Assembly (NCBI GenBank): GCA_950097015.1
Contig: CATNEN010000030.1
Span: 2,046,001 to 2,110,000 of the forward strand
Length of the DNA: 64,000 nt
Direction of reading: 5' to 3'
Source of the DNA: Macrostomum hystrix
Lineage: Eukaryota; Animalia; Platyhelminthes
Shown here: one piece after another, positions 34,212 to 48,500 of the stretch
Numbering within the stretch: position 1 is the first letter of the stretch
Layout of the letters: every line of letters begins with the position of its first letter
Notes under the pieces: generated by a model
The model's database searches: none
Seen by the model: the letters and a program-made list of their open reading frames with translations, nothing else
Told to the model about the DNA's origin: nothing
Translations under genes and position numbers: made by a program

Positions 34212-36755
34212 TTTATTACTTCGGTGTTCTGAAGCTTTGGCTTTCATTTAAATTTGTGCAAGATTTTTTTTCTAACTTTTACTTTTCGATTTTTCACTTG
34301 ATTTTATGTGTACGGCTCGTATGCTAGATGTTTGGGCACTCTAGTATCCAAGAAATCTTGTATCCATATATCACTGCTCAGAGAAGTGTTTTGTCTTCAC
34401 CCGTTCAAAGTTTCAATCGATGTCTCGCAGTGTACCCCATCCGTCAGATTTTTCAGGAAACTGCTGCAAGCTTGCAGGACACGGATTTTGTTCTGCAAGC
34501 AGGTAGCAGCGGATCTACATATTATTTCTGCCTCATTGTGGGTCTTTTGTTTGCAGATTCATTTGAAGACATGCGGCTTCTTCACCAGATCTTTGCCGGA
34601 AGCAGCGACATCCATGTGTACCTTGCAGCAACTTTTCCTCGATCTGGACAGTTAATAGCAATAGCAAGTTGCTAGCAATATTTTTCGCAATAAGTCATAG
34701 TACGCAATATATAATATATAATACCCATGCAGCTATATATCTAGTATAGGGTCCTTATAGCGAACATTGACCATTATGTCTTTTAGATAAAAGCATCTCG
34801 TAAGTATACATATGATGCGCAATCCACGCTGGGGTCTAGGACAGCATGGGGTATTGGTAGTACTAATACTACTACATGGGGTATTGCTATGGGACTACTA
34901 GCATTTTGTAGTTTTTTGGTGCTGGCAGAGGATCCATCTTGTAAATCTTTAACTGGCCCAACCTCAAAAGTCCTTGCTGGCGATGTGACCTGGGCTATCA
35001 GAAAACATCCATTCGATACAAAAACTGTCACTTGGGCAAAGCTACTAAAGCTATATGGTAAGAGTGAGGCTGACCAATCCTATTTTGGGATACCAAGATA
35101 CCAATCCTAGCAGATTCCGGGTTTCCCTGGTTTAAAAAATCTTAGGAAGTCCAGAGCACTAGGTGTTCATAATTTTGACGACTTTGGTTCTCAGGGTTCC
35201 GCGACGTTTACGATTTTCGCCGCGACGTCAAGGTTTTCCCTTAAAAAGCGGTCAATTTCGTTACTAGGGGGTTACGTGTGTGATTGTGTAAGGGGTGGAG
35301 GAAGAACACATAATGTGTATAGTAAGAAATCTGTGGGATAAAAGAGACCAAATATATTTTTTAAAGCATTTGCTTGTTAAATTGAGAGTTTTCTATCTGA
35401 CAAGTAGTATGAAGACCAGAATACACAGACAATAAAATCTGACATCACCACCGCGTCTTAATTCGCAGATACCTTTAACTCTCAAAAAACTGTGATAAAT
35501 TAGAGCTTTGTGATATAAACTTGAGTATCTTGCTTTGGGTATGTAACGGTAGTATTTAGTATGTATTTCTATTAATAATTTTGTTAAAACCGTTACTTCA
35601 GCCACGGTAAAAAAAGTTGCAAAAACATAAATGAAATTTCCTCGAACCAACGCACTTGGCAACGATTATATACTGCTGAGTGCTCAATTGAATTACAGAA
35701 ATTTTTATTAGGTAAGTATTTAAAAAAATTCACTTTTAACTACTTCCTATTGTGATATATTTAAATCACTTCTGTTAATAAACGCAAAGCGCTTAAAGTT
35801 TGATGCCCCAGTATGTAGTGACAGTTAATAATTAGTTATCTATCTGTAGTAAAGTTTTAGGAACTACCACTGAGAAATAAAATGTAAAAGAAATTTGTCA
35901 GAGTATTTAAACTTTTTAATCACAAGAAAACATATAATTCTGTATTTTTTAATACACACTTATTCGATTTCTCTTTATTCATTTCAATAAGCAAATTTTT
36001 GTTAATAATTTTGAAAATGAACATGGCTGCACCCCATCCAAGTAATAAGTTATAATTTTAGCAATGTGAATATTTAGCAAATATTTCTCTAATATAATAA
36101 TAAAACTTAATATATCATAATATACCACATAATAAGGCTGCAGAAATCATAATTTTGTGTGATAAGATTTTTAGAGTTTTATTCACCAGACCTCTAATTG
36201 GCACTATAATTATTATTCATAATTTTATATCAGATTCTGAAAATTATTTTGAAGACAGTATATTATATATTTGAAGTACTGCTGAATTTAGCGTTTTTGT
36301 CTAAAGCACTTTTTAAATAATCAATATGACCATAATAGTTTGTATTCTATGTTGCATTTTTTCAATTAAACATTCAATAAAATTGTAGAACAATGCCATA
36401 ATCAATTCTGAAGAAGAAGTTTTCAATTTTTCACTATTGAATTAGTTGCGAGCATTCCGTTGTAGATCTGAAAAAAGTCATTTTCAGATTTAGCTCAGCA
36501 TTAATATTTACTAAATTAATGCACATATACTAATCATTAAACAAATACTGTCAAGCTTTGCCCCCTCCTTTCGGGCATGAAAAGGTACAATTAGCTACAC
36601 TTTAAATTATTTCTGTATGCTCTCATTACAGTCTCTCAAGATTGCAAATTTTAGCTATTGACTAGCAAGTTTTGCCCCCCTTCGGGGAGCAGAAATATTT
36701 TGATTTCGTCCAGTATACACTTTTTAGCAGCTGCATTTTCAGCCTTTTTACGCTA

Positions 36756-37734
36756 CAATGATCAGTTGACAATGATCCCCCAGTTGATAAAGATCCCCCA
36801 GTTGACAATAATCCCCCAGTTGACAATGATCCCCCAGTTGACAATGATCCCCCCGTTGACAATAATCCCCCAATTGATGATGATCACGCAGTTGATTATG
36901 ATCCCCCAGTTGACAATAATCCCTCAATTGATGATGATCACGCAGTTGACAATGATCCCCCAGTTAATGATGACTCCCCATTGATGATGATCCCCAGTTG
37001 ACAATGTTCCCACAGCTGACAATGATCCCCGAGTTGACAATAATCCCCCAATTGATGATGATCACGCAGTTGACAATGATCCCCCAGTTAATGATGACTC
37101 CCCATTGATGATAATCTCCAGTTGACAACGTTCCCCCAGTTGACAATGTTCCCACAGTTGACAATGATCCCCCAGTTGATGATGATCAACAAGTTGACAA
37201 TGATCCCCCCAGTTCACAATGATCCTCCGGGTGATGATAAACCCCCAGTTGACAATGATCCCCAGTTGACAATGATCCCCCAGTTGACATTGACAATGAT
37301 CTCCCAGTTGACAATGATCCCCCAGTTGACAATTATCCCCCAGTTAACCATGATCCCGCATTTGATGATGACTCCCCAGTTGACAATTATCCCCCAGTTG
37401 ACAATTATCCCCCCGTTGACAATGATCCTCCAGTTGACCATGATCCCCCAGTTGACGATTATCCCCCACTCGACAATTATCTCTCAGTTGACTATGATCC
37501 CCCATTGATGGTGATCCCAGTTGACAATGTTCCCCCAGTTGAACATGATCCCCTAGTTGACAATGATCCCCTAGTTGATTATGATCCCGCATTTGGTGAT
37601 GTTTCCCCGTGACAATTATCCCCCAGTTGACAATTATCCCCCAGTTGCCAATGATCCTCCAGTTGACAATGATCCCCCAGTTGACAATTATCCCCCAGTT
37701 TACCATGATCCCCCAGTTGACGATTATCCACCAG
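36756..37734. repeat. Imperfect 18-bp minisatellite (CAGTTGACAATGATCCCC)n inside the Helitron
   Basis: Visible ~18-nt periodicity with many variants. Confidence 0.93.
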
Positions 37735-37735
37735 T

Positions 37736-38736
37736 TCTGGTTTAGCAATGATTCAAACGCTGGGTTAGCCATGATTCAAACTCTGGTTTAGCCATGATTC
37801 AAACTCTGGTTTAGCCATGATTCAGAATCTAGTTTAGCCATGATTCAGACGCTGGTTTAGCTATGATTCAAACTCTGGTTTAGCCATGATTCAGACGCTG
37901 GTTTAGCTATGATTTAAACTCTGGTTTAGCAATGATTCAAACGCTGGGTTAGCCATGATTCAAACTCTGGTTTAGCCATGATTCAGAATCTAGTTTAGCC
38001 ATGATTCAGACGCTGGTTTAGCTATGATTCAAACTCTGGTTTAGCCATGATTCAGACGCTGGTTTAGCTATGATTCAAACTCTGGTTTAGCCATGATTCA
38101 GACTCTGGTTTAGCCATGATTCTGACTCTGGTTTAGCCATGATTCAGACTCTGGTTTAGCTATGATTCAGACTCTGGTTTAGCTATGATTCAGACTCTGG
38201 TGTAGCCATGATTCAGACTCTGGTTTAGCCATGATTCAGACTCTGGTGTAGCCATGATTCTGACTCTGGTTTAGCCATGATTCAGACTCTGGTTTAGCCA
38301 TGATTCTGACTCTGGTTTAGCCATGATTCTGACTCTGGTTTAGCCATGATTCAGACTCTGGTTTAGCTATGATTCAGACTCTGGTGTAGCCATGATTCAG
38401 ACTCTGGTTTAGCGATGATTCAGACTCTGGTTTAGCCATGATTCAGACTCTGGTGTAGCCATGATTCAGACTCTGGTTTAGCCATGATCCAGACTCTGGT
38501 TTAGCCTTGATTCAGACTCTGGTTTAGCCATGATTCAGACTCTGGTTTAGCCATGATTCAGACTCTGGTTTAGCCATGATTCAGACTCTGGTTTAGCCAT
38601 GATTCAGACTCTGGTTTAGCCATGATTCAGACTCTGGTTTAGCCATGATTCAGACTCTGGTTTAGCCATGATTCAGACTCTGGTTTAGCCATGATTCAGA
38701 CTCTGGTTTAGCCATGATTCAAACTCTGTTTTAGCC
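37736..38736. repeat. 23-bp minisatellite (GACTCTGGTTTAGCCATGATTCA)n, ~43 copies, inside the Helitron
   Basis: Visible period-23 array that becomes more homogeneous towards the right. Confidence 0.96.
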
Positions 38737-39582
38737 GGTGTGCTATGATTTATGATATTTTATTTACGAAATGAAAAAAATAAATTAAAAAAATCTTCAA
38801 TCACTACTGGCTGAAAATTAGTCTAAATGATTTGACGCAGTGCAGAATCGAACCCTAGCCTAGCCTAACCTATTCCTAGTGCCTACACATCGGCTATTCC
38901 GACTGTTGGTTAGTGGGTGCAAAAATCAGCCTTATAAAATGAATTCTCAAAGTTCTGGCTTTGTACAATGAAGTAAGAAAATAGAGTACACTCAGTCTCG
39001 CGGTTGGTTGTGTACATTTATTTCCCATTTGTCTCCAGAGTGCAGGCTTCAAATTCAATCAGCTAGGGGTTGTTGCGCAATTTGACGATGCAATTCTAAT
39101 TCAGCGGCAGTGAGTAAAATTCTCAATAGGCCAAGATGGTTTGACCTTTGAAAAATCATGTTTTTCGAATATTTAATCCCTTTAGCAATAAAGTTAAGCT
39201 TAATAAAAATACGTGTATAATTGTCCCCATATTTGGCATCTTTTGGTGAAGAAATGGTGAAAATCGGTTGAGCCGTTCGGGAGAAAATCAATTACAACCA
39301 ACCAACCAACCAACCAACCAACCAACCATTTCATTTTTAGTATAGTGGATCCTTGCCAATCCCACCTATACCAAGCTCAATTGAATACTATATCTACAAA
39401 GGATACTATTATCTTTTTTCTTCAGGTCACAGCTTGACTGATGCATTGTAAAGGCCAGCTTGTCACTGCGCTGTTAGCGATGTCGGTAAATCTGTCGTGC
39501 GAAGCCTTCGCTCATCTGTCCGCATGTAAGGAGCCTAAGGAGGCCAAGTAGCCCAAGGCTTTCGACATTTTATCCCTAGTCA

Positions 39583-42500
39583 ATGGCGAATAATAACGAC
39601 AGCGCCAACGATGATAGAAGCATCAGCCAGGAGTCGGTGCTCGCCTGGTTCAACGATCGCCTACAGCCTCATGAGCGCATTGAGCTGCTCTGCTCAATGC
39701 TGCTTCAACTGCGCCCCGCTGGAGCTCCGCTTCCTGGCTTCCTGGTCCGAGGCCGCCGCCGGCGCCGGCACCGGAGCTATGGAACTACGAGAGTTCGAAG
39801 CTAGAATCAACTCGCCAGCTGAGCTGCTTCGGCTGGCCGAGTCTGCCGAAGTTGCCGCCGCTAGCGACGCCGCGCTTTGCCGTCTAACTCTGGCCCTGGC
39901 TCTGGTTCGGCCAGACAATGCGGCCTGCGGCAGACTCTTGGCCGACTGGCTCGGACGTCTCGACCTTGAGCAACCCGACAGCCTCCGGCACGCCTGCCTG
40001 GTTGGCGCCCTGGCTGTGCGACAGCCGGCGCTGCCGTTCGCCTGTCGATTGCGCCTGCTGGCCTTGCAGCGTCGGCTGGCAGACCGGATGGCCGCCACTG
40101 CCGAGGTAAAAAATACTGCAAAAGTGCGCTTACGCTTTACTGTTAGTAGATGAATTCTCTGGTGGCCTTTTTAGTGCTTTGCTAGCTTCAAGTTGCAATC
40201 AATTGCTATGCTTTTGGTATCATTATCTGAGATTGATCTGTTTAATTGAGTAATTTAGAATTATTTGTATTATTAAAACTAACTAAAAATGCTAGGTGAT
40301 AATGAAATTAATTAAAAGGTCGTTAAAGTTCAATATTTTATTACTAATTATTCGCACGCTTAATTAAAAAAATAATTTCTTGCTTGAGAAGTTTGGCTAA
40401 ACAGAGTAAATACTCGTTTATTTATCATTATTATTATAATGAGGTTAAAAACGCCTAATCTGCTACTGATTGTCAGTAGCTTAGGCAACATTTTTTGGAA
40501 CAGAGTGTTTGAAGCTTATTTTCCCCGCTTAGGTCTCCAGATGCGACGGACAACCAGCGGAGCACTCGGAGACCGCCGACACTTCTCAGCGCCTGCGCTA
40601 CCACTCAGCCTCAGATGGCTGCCGAACAGGGCGAGCCTCGCCACAGACGACTCCCGCAGGCGCCAGCGGCGACAGGCTCCGCTGGTTGCACCGTCGGCTG
40701 TCCGACGCCACCGAGCTGGAGGCCGGAGCCCGACGTAGACCGCCGCCGTCCCATTTGGACAGCGGGCTGAAGAGGCGGACACCTGCGTCAGGTGAGTGGC
40801 GATATATTTTCTCTCCATTCGCTTTAGCCTTCTTCATTTTGGCTCCCTTCATTTTGGCTCCCTTCATTTTGGCTCCCTTCATTTTGGATCCCTTCATTTT
40901 GGCTCCCTTCATTTTGGATCCCTTCATTTTGGCTCCCTTCATTTTGGCTCCCTTCATTTTGGCTCCCTTCATTTTGGCTCCCTTCATTTTGGCTCCCTTC
41001 ATTTTGGCTCCATTTACGAGTCACATAATTCACTTTTAGCACTCGCTTTCAATCATTCAAATGTATCCCCAAGACTATTCTCAACTGCCATATTCGCATT
41101 CGCTATTGCACCTGCAATCCACAGGTGTATGCCTGAGGCATGCGGCGCTGGCCTCTCTGCCTACTCATCGGCCAGAAGATGCGGGCGCCTGCACAGCAAC
41201 TTTCGGACTGGACAACCCGTTCCGCATTCGTGTGAGACACTGGGCAATGAACTTTTATTTGCAATTCAGTGCCATTTTCCATATTTAGGTACCGATTTCC
41301 AAATCTATGTGAAATTTTCTAATATTTTATGGAATTTTGTATCGAAGGGCCGTTACCATATAAAAACGCCATTTTCGTACTGATGTGCCATTTCCGTATT
41401 TAAGCGCCATTACATGTCGAAGTGCCAATTTCGTATAGAAGTGCCATTTCCGAATTGAAGTGCCATTTTCGTATAGAAGTGCCATTTCCGAATTGAAGTG
41501 CCATTTCCGAATTGAAGTGCCATTTCCGAATTGAAGTGCCATTTTCGTATAGAAGTGCCATTTCCGAATTTAAGTGCCATTTCCGAATTGAAGTGCCATT
41601 TCCGAATTGAAGTGCCATTTCCGAATTGAAGTGCCATTTCCTAATTGAAGTGCCATTTCCGAATTGAAGTGCCATTTTCGTATAGAAGTGCCATTTCCGA
41701 ATTGAAGTGCCATTTCCGAATTGAAGTGCCATTTCCGAATTGAAGTACCATTTCCGAATTGAAGTACCATTTCCGAATTGAAGTGCCATTTCCAAATTGA
41801 AGTACCATTATTCGTGTAGAAGTGCCATTTTCGTATAGAAGCGCCATTTCTGAATTGAAGTGCCATTTCCGAATTGAAGTGCCATTTCCGAATTGAAGTA
41901 CCATTTCCGAATTGAAGTGCCATTTCCGAATTGAAGTACCATTATTCGTGTAGAAGTGCCATTTTCGTATAGTAGTGCCATTTCCGAATTGAAGTGCCAT
42001 TTCCGAATTGAAGTACCATTTCCGAATTGAAGTACCATTTCCGAATTGAAGTACCATTTCCGAATTGAAGTGCCATTTCCAAATTGAAGTACCATTATTC
42101 GTGTAGAAGTGCCATTTTCGTATAGAAGCGCCATTTCCGAATTGAAGTGCCATTTCCGAATTGAAGTGCCATTTCCGAATTGAAGTACCATTTCCGAATT
42201 GAAGTGCCATTTCCGAATTGAAGTGCCATTTCCGAATTGAAGTACCATTTCCGAATTGAAGTGCCATTTCCGAATTGAAGTGCCATTTTCGTATAGAAGT
42301 GCCATTTCCGAATTGAAGTGCCATTTCCGAATTGAAGTGCCATTTCCGAATTGAAGTGCCATTTCCGAATTGAAGTACCATTTCCGAATTGAAGTGCCGT
42401 TTCCGAATTGAAGTACCATTATTCGTTTAAAATCAAAGACAGTCAAAAATTTCATTTTTTAAGATTTCACCCTTCAGCTAGCAATTTAAAACAGTACTTA

Positions 42501-45500
42501 CATATGTTGTTTTAATCGAATTCTGAAAATAGGATTTTAATCTGCTTACATGCTGGGGAATACAGCCATTTCGGTCTCCTGAAGCCACAGTGCAGACCCA
42601 AGCCTGGCAGGGCTCTTTTCCATGGGATTAAATTACCTGGTTTTACCTGGCAGGCAACCGGATTAACTAGCACGGGTGGGCACAGCCTCCCATAAAAAGC
42701 ACTGGCGCCCCCCCTTGTCAGCCAGCTCCCCACGGCCAGACCTCCGGGCAATGCTCTGTTGCACTTTATCTGCATTTCCAGGTCGCCATGTGGCCCAGCG
42801 GCGCGACCAGCTCCGAGATCGTCAGGTGCCTGTCGGACCTGCTGGCGCTCTACTTGAAGGTGGCTGCTCTGGACTTGATCTTTACTATTCTCTCCGAGCT
42901 TCCGTTTTTTATAGTTCTGCTAGTGGGTTTTGCGTGCCGACTGATGTGAGTGTCGTGCGTGCGGTCAGGCCGGCTCGGCAAAAAACATTTCCGCTTCTTG
43001 TCTGCCGCTCCCCTGAAAAGCTTACCTCTGCCTCTGCCTCACACTCTCCTGCCTCCTAGACTGCCTCACTCTCTCTGCCTCACACTCTCCTGCCTCCTAG
43101 ACTGCCTCACTATCTCTGCCTCACACTCTCCTGCCTCCTAGACTGCCTCACTATCTCTGCCTCACACTCTCCTGCCTCCTAGACTGCCTCACTATCTCTG
43201 CCTCACACTCTCCTGCCTCCTAGACTGCCTCACTATCTCTGCCTCACACTCTCCTGCCTCCTAGACTGCCTCACTATCTCTGCCTCACACTCTCCTGCCT
43301 CCTAGACTGCCTCACTATCTCTGCCTCACACTCTCCTGCCTCCTAGACTGCCTCACTATCTCTGCCTCACACTCTCCTGCCTCCTAGACTGCCTCACTAT
43401 CTCTGCCTCACACTCTCCTGCCTCCTAGACTGCCTCACTCTCTCTGCCTCACACTCTCCTGCCTCCTAGACTGCCTCACTCTCTCTGCCTCACACTCTCC
43501 TGCCTCCTAGACTGCCTCACTCTCTCTGCCTCACACTCTCCTGCCTCCTAGACTGCCTCACTATCTCTGCCTCACACTCTTCATGTCACACTCTGCCCCA
43601 CACTCTTCATGTCGCACTCTGCCCCACACTCTTCATGTCGCACTCTGCCCCACACTCTTCATGTCACACTCTGCCCCACACTCTTCATGTCGCACTCTGC
43701 CCCACACTCTTCATGTCACACTCTGCCCCACACTCTTCATGTCGCACTCTGCCCCACACTCTTCATGTCACACTCTGCCCCACACTCTTCATGTCACACT
43801 CTGCCCCACACTCTTCATGTCGCACTCTGCCCCACACTCTTCATGTCACACTCTGCCCCACACTCTTCATGTCGCACTCTGCCCCACACTCTTCATGTCA
43901 CACTCTGCCCCACACTCTTCATGTCACACTCTGCCCCACACTCTTCATGTCACACTCTGCCCCACACTCTTCATGTCGCACTCTGCCCCACACTCTTCAT
44001 GTCGCACTCTGCCCCACACTCTTCATGTCACACTCTGCCCCACACTCTGCCCCACACTCTTCATGTCACACTCTGCCCCACACTCTTCATGTCGCACTCT
44101 GCCCCACACTCTTCATGTCACACTCTGCCCCACACTCTTCATGTCACACTCTGCCCCACACTCTTCATGTCGCACTCTGCCCCACACTCTTCATGTCACA
44201 CTCTGCCCCACACTCTGCCCCACACTCTTCATGTCACACTCTGCCCCACACTCTTCATGTCGCACTCTGCCCCACACTCTTCATGTCACACTCTGCCCCA
44301 CACTCTTCATGTCACACTCTGCCCCACACTCTTCATGTCGCACTCTGCCCCACACTCTTCATGTCGCACTCTGCCCCACACTCTTCATGTCACACTCTGC
44401 CCCACACTCTGCCCCACACTCTTCATGTCACACTCTGCCCCACACTCTGCCCCACACTCTTCATGTCACAGTGTTTTCTCGTACTACTCAAACGTTTGGT
44501 GTACTTGCTTATCAGTTACTCTGCTGAAACCGGGGTACTGCCCACCTGACTACCTTTCGAGTTAAATCTAAGTTACTCGTAGCTTATTAAATTTCGCAAT
44601 TGTTCCACTGACAGTCGAGTTATTTTATAGTAAAAAGAACCTATGAAACAAATGGAATAGAGATGAAATTGAATTGAGCAGAGATGGGCTGTTGTGACAA
44701 CAAAAGTAGGAATAGCCACCTCTCACACATCTGAGCAGGCCAAAAGCCCGTCTGTCGGTGTCTCCTTTGAGCCGCATAAGTTGAGCATTCTTTTCTCAAG
44801 CCGGCGAGTGACAGACAGGCATAGCTAGCCAATTCTTGTGGTTTGTTGGCTTTCAATTATAATAGCATTTTCTCAGCTGCCATCTTCTCACCCTTCATAG
44901 TCATAATATATTTGCCATCTATCTACCTTACTGTCTTCTCAAAACTGTCTTGTTGTGCGCCCGCCGAGTGGGTGATTTATGACGCGGCTGGCACGCTTCT
45001 AAAAACTATCAGATCTTATATAGTGGATGCTGTTGTGTGATTTCATTTAAGAATTAGCAACCGATGTTCTATCAAGCTTGCGTTTAGACGCTCACGAGCT
45101 TCGCTATCTAAACTTGTACTTTTGTATAGATAAAGCACAATAGTTGCTTGCATATTTTCTGTTGCTTTTTTAAGCGAAAACCTGCAGGCTCTATTGGCAA
45201 AACTGAATGGGCGTGCACCACTGTCCTGTCTGGCATTGCTTTGTGCGTTCACTGATAAAGCAAAAATTCCATTTGCCTTGATAATTCACTTTTTCTTTAG
45301 TTCACAACCCAGAGCTGTACTATGAACGTAGTGGAGCATTACTGACTATTATCCCAAAATATGATTCCTTACTGACTAATCTCTGCTTACATTTGGCAGA
45401 TTCAGCCAATGCTTCAACGACAGTCAGCCATCGTTCCTCTGCTGGACGACCTGCTCGCGAAACGAGGCTGCACAACAACTGAGCTGACCGCTCAGGCTGC

Positions 45501-48500
45501 CACTGAAGCTGTTCAGTCACTGCTGCGGTGGGTACCGGCCCTGCTGTGTCTGGTCTGTCTAGTCTAGCGGCATTGTACAGACCCTTCCCTGTCTAGTCTA
45601 GCGGCATTGTACAGACCCATCCCTGTCTAGTCTAGCGGCATTGTACAGACCCATCCCTGTCTAGTCTAGCGGCATTGTACAGACCCTTCCATGTCTAGTC
45701 TAGCGGCATTGTACAGACCCATCCCTGTCTAGTCTAGCGGCATTGTACAGACCCATCCCTGTCTAGTCTAGCGGCATTGTACAGACCCTTCCCTGTCTAG
45801 TCTAGCGGCATTGTACAGACCCATCCCTGTCTAGTCTAGCGGCATTGTACAGACCCTTCCCTGTCTAGTCTAGCGGCATTGTACAGACCCTTCCCTGTCT
45901 AGTCTAGCGGCATTGTACAGACCCTTCCCTGTCTAGTCTAGCGGCATTGTACAGACCCTTCCCTGTCTAGTCTAGCGGCATTGTACAGACCCATCCCTGT
46001 CTAGTCTAGCGGCATTGTACAGACCTATCCCTGTCTAGTCTAGCGCATTGTACAGACCCATCCCTGTCTAGTCTAGCGGCATTGTACAGACCCTTCCCTG
46101 TCTAGTCTAGCGGCATTGTACAGACCCTTCCCTGTCTAGTCTAGCGGCATTGTACAGACCCTTCCCTGTCTAGTCTAGCGGCATTGTACAGACCCTTCCC
46201 TGTCTAGTCTAGCGGCATTGTACAGACCCTTCCCTGTCTAGTCTAGCGGCATTGTACAGACCCATCCCTGTCTAGTCTAGCGGCATTGTACAGACCCTTC
46301 CCTGTCTAGTCTAGCGGCATTGTACAGACCCATCCCTGTCTAGTCTAGCGGCATTGTACAGACCCATCCCTGTCTAGTCTAGCGGCATTGTACAGACCCT
46401 TCCCTGTCTAGTCTAGCGGCATTGTACAGACCCTTCCCTGTCTAGTCTAGCGGCATTGTACAGACCCTTCCCTGTCTAGTCTAGCGGCATTGTACAGACC
46501 CTTCCCTGTCTAGTCTAGCGGCATTGTACAGACCCATCCCTGTCTAGTCTAGCGGCATTGTACAGACCCTTCCCTGTCTAGTCTAGCGGCATTGTACAGA
46601 CCCATCCCTGTCTAGTCTAGCGGCATTGTACAGACCCTTCCCTGTCTAGTCTAGCGGCATTGTACAGACCCATCCCTGTCTAGTCTAGCGGCATTGTACA
46701 GACCCTTCCCTGTCTAGTCTAGCGGCATTGTACAGACCCTTCCCTGTCTAGTCTAGCGGCATTGTACAGACCCTTCCCTGTCTAGTCTAGCGGCATTGTA
46801 CAGACCCTTCCCTGTCTAGTCTAGCGGCATTGTACAGACCCTTCCCTGTCTAGTCTAGCGGCATTGTACAGACCCTTCCCTGTCTAGTCTAGCGGCATTG
46901 TACAGACCCTTCCCTGTCTAGTCTAGCGGCATTGTACAGACCCTTCCCTGTCTAGTCTAGCGGCATTGTACAGACCCATCCCTGTCTAGTCTAGCGGCAT
47001 TGTACAGACCTATCCCTGTCTAGTCTAGCGGCATTGTACAGACCCATCCCTGTCTAGTCTAGCGGCATTGTACAGACCCTTCCCTGTCTAGTCTAGCGGC
47101 ATTGTACAGACCCTTCCCTGTCTAGTCTAGCGGCATTGTACAGACCCATCCCTGTCTAGTCTAGCGGCATTGTACAGACCCTTCCCTGTCTAGTCTAGCG
47201 GCATTGTACAGACCCTTCCCTGTCTAGTCTAGCGGCATTGTACAGACCCATCCCTGTCTAGTCTAGCGGCATTGTACAGACCCATCCCTGTCTAGTCTAG
47301 CGGCATTGTACAGACCCATCCCTGTCTAGTCTAGCGGCATTGTACAGACCCTTCCCTGTCTAGTCTAGCGGCATTGTACAGACCCTTCCCTGTCTAGTCT
47401 AGCGGCATTGTACAGACCCTTCCCTGTCTAGTCTAGCGGCATTGTACAGACCCTTCCCTGTCTAGTCTAGCGGCATTGTACAGACCCTTCCCTGTCTAGT
47501 CTAGCGGCATTGTACAGACCCTTCCCTGTCTAGTCTAGCGGCATTGTACAGACCCTTCCCTGTCTAGTCTAGCGGCATTGTACAGACCCTTCCCTGTCTA
47601 GTCTAGCGGCATTGTACAGACCCTTCCCTGTCTAGTCTAGCGGCATTGTACAGACCCTTCCCTGTCTAGTCTAGCGGCATTGTACAGACCCTTCCCTGTC
47701 TAGTCTAGCGGCATTGTACAGACCCGAGCTTCATATATAGAGCAATTCAAATGAAAGTGGTAGCTGCACATCTATTTAAACAACATTTTTGTCGGTCAAC
47801 TAAACTCAAATAATTTCATTCTTGGTTCTTACCTGTTAGTTTTGAATGGGCAAATGAAAGGTAAAAGGAAGTAAAGAACAAAAATATTTATCCAAGGCAC
47901 GAGCGAGAAGAAGAGCTTGTCAAGAAAAAAACTGAAAAACGAAATGTAAAAGAGATTCCGAGGTCAATTTGCTCAATTTTCGTTTTTCTCTCTTTGATAA
48001 TCAGCATCATCAAAGTCAAACTGTCGGCCTCTAGCTGCTGCTGCTGCTGAAAAGTGTTCAGCTGCAGGAATGACGGTAGAAGGCGCAGAGTAAATATTGG
48101 GGGTCACAAAATGCGGCAGTTGTGCGTGTGTGTGTAGGCGGGTGGCTACACCATCCTGAGACTGTGTGCTCATGTGTGCTCATGTGTGCTCATGTGTAGG
48201 CCAAGATATTGAGTAGCTGGTCTGGCTGAAATGACCTGCCTTATTTCGAGTTGAATTGAATTACCAGCCCAGAAACGCATCAAGAGAGAGTCCAATTGTT
48301 TTCTGTCTGCTCACTCTACCTCTGCGCCAGCACTACAATACTTGTAAAGGCTGCAGCAGCTGCGGCTGTCAATATTGAGCCGTGGCGCCGCTGCCTCCAC
48401 CCCCTCCCTACAGGAGCCCCGAGGTAAACAGGTAGTTTTTAGAGCGCACAATAATAATAGGTAGCTCCGAACTCCGAATTAACCGAGCTGTCACCGGGTG

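Larger units (their letters stand above)
36662..39349 (-). mobile_element. Non-autonomous Helitron-like element (2.7 kb) carrying two satellites
   Basis: On the minus strand the 5' end is A|TCCACTATACTAAAA followed by (GGTT)n and a GAACGGCTCAACCGATTTT motif, as in Lep1/HINE-like elements. The 3' end is a GC hairpin GCTCCCCGAAGGGGGGC about 6 nt before CTAG|T. It is inserted between A and T with no TSD. Confidence 0.8.

Noticed and set aside
34783-35300. Short ORFs and a CAGGGTTCCGCG motif suggesting a hAT element
   Set aside because: No partner TIR, TSD or transposase motif could be identified.
45555-47725. CRISPR-like arrays (34-, 24-, 41- and 43-bp repeats)
   Set aside because: The units abut directly with no unique spacers, there are no cas genes, and the context is eukaryotic introns.
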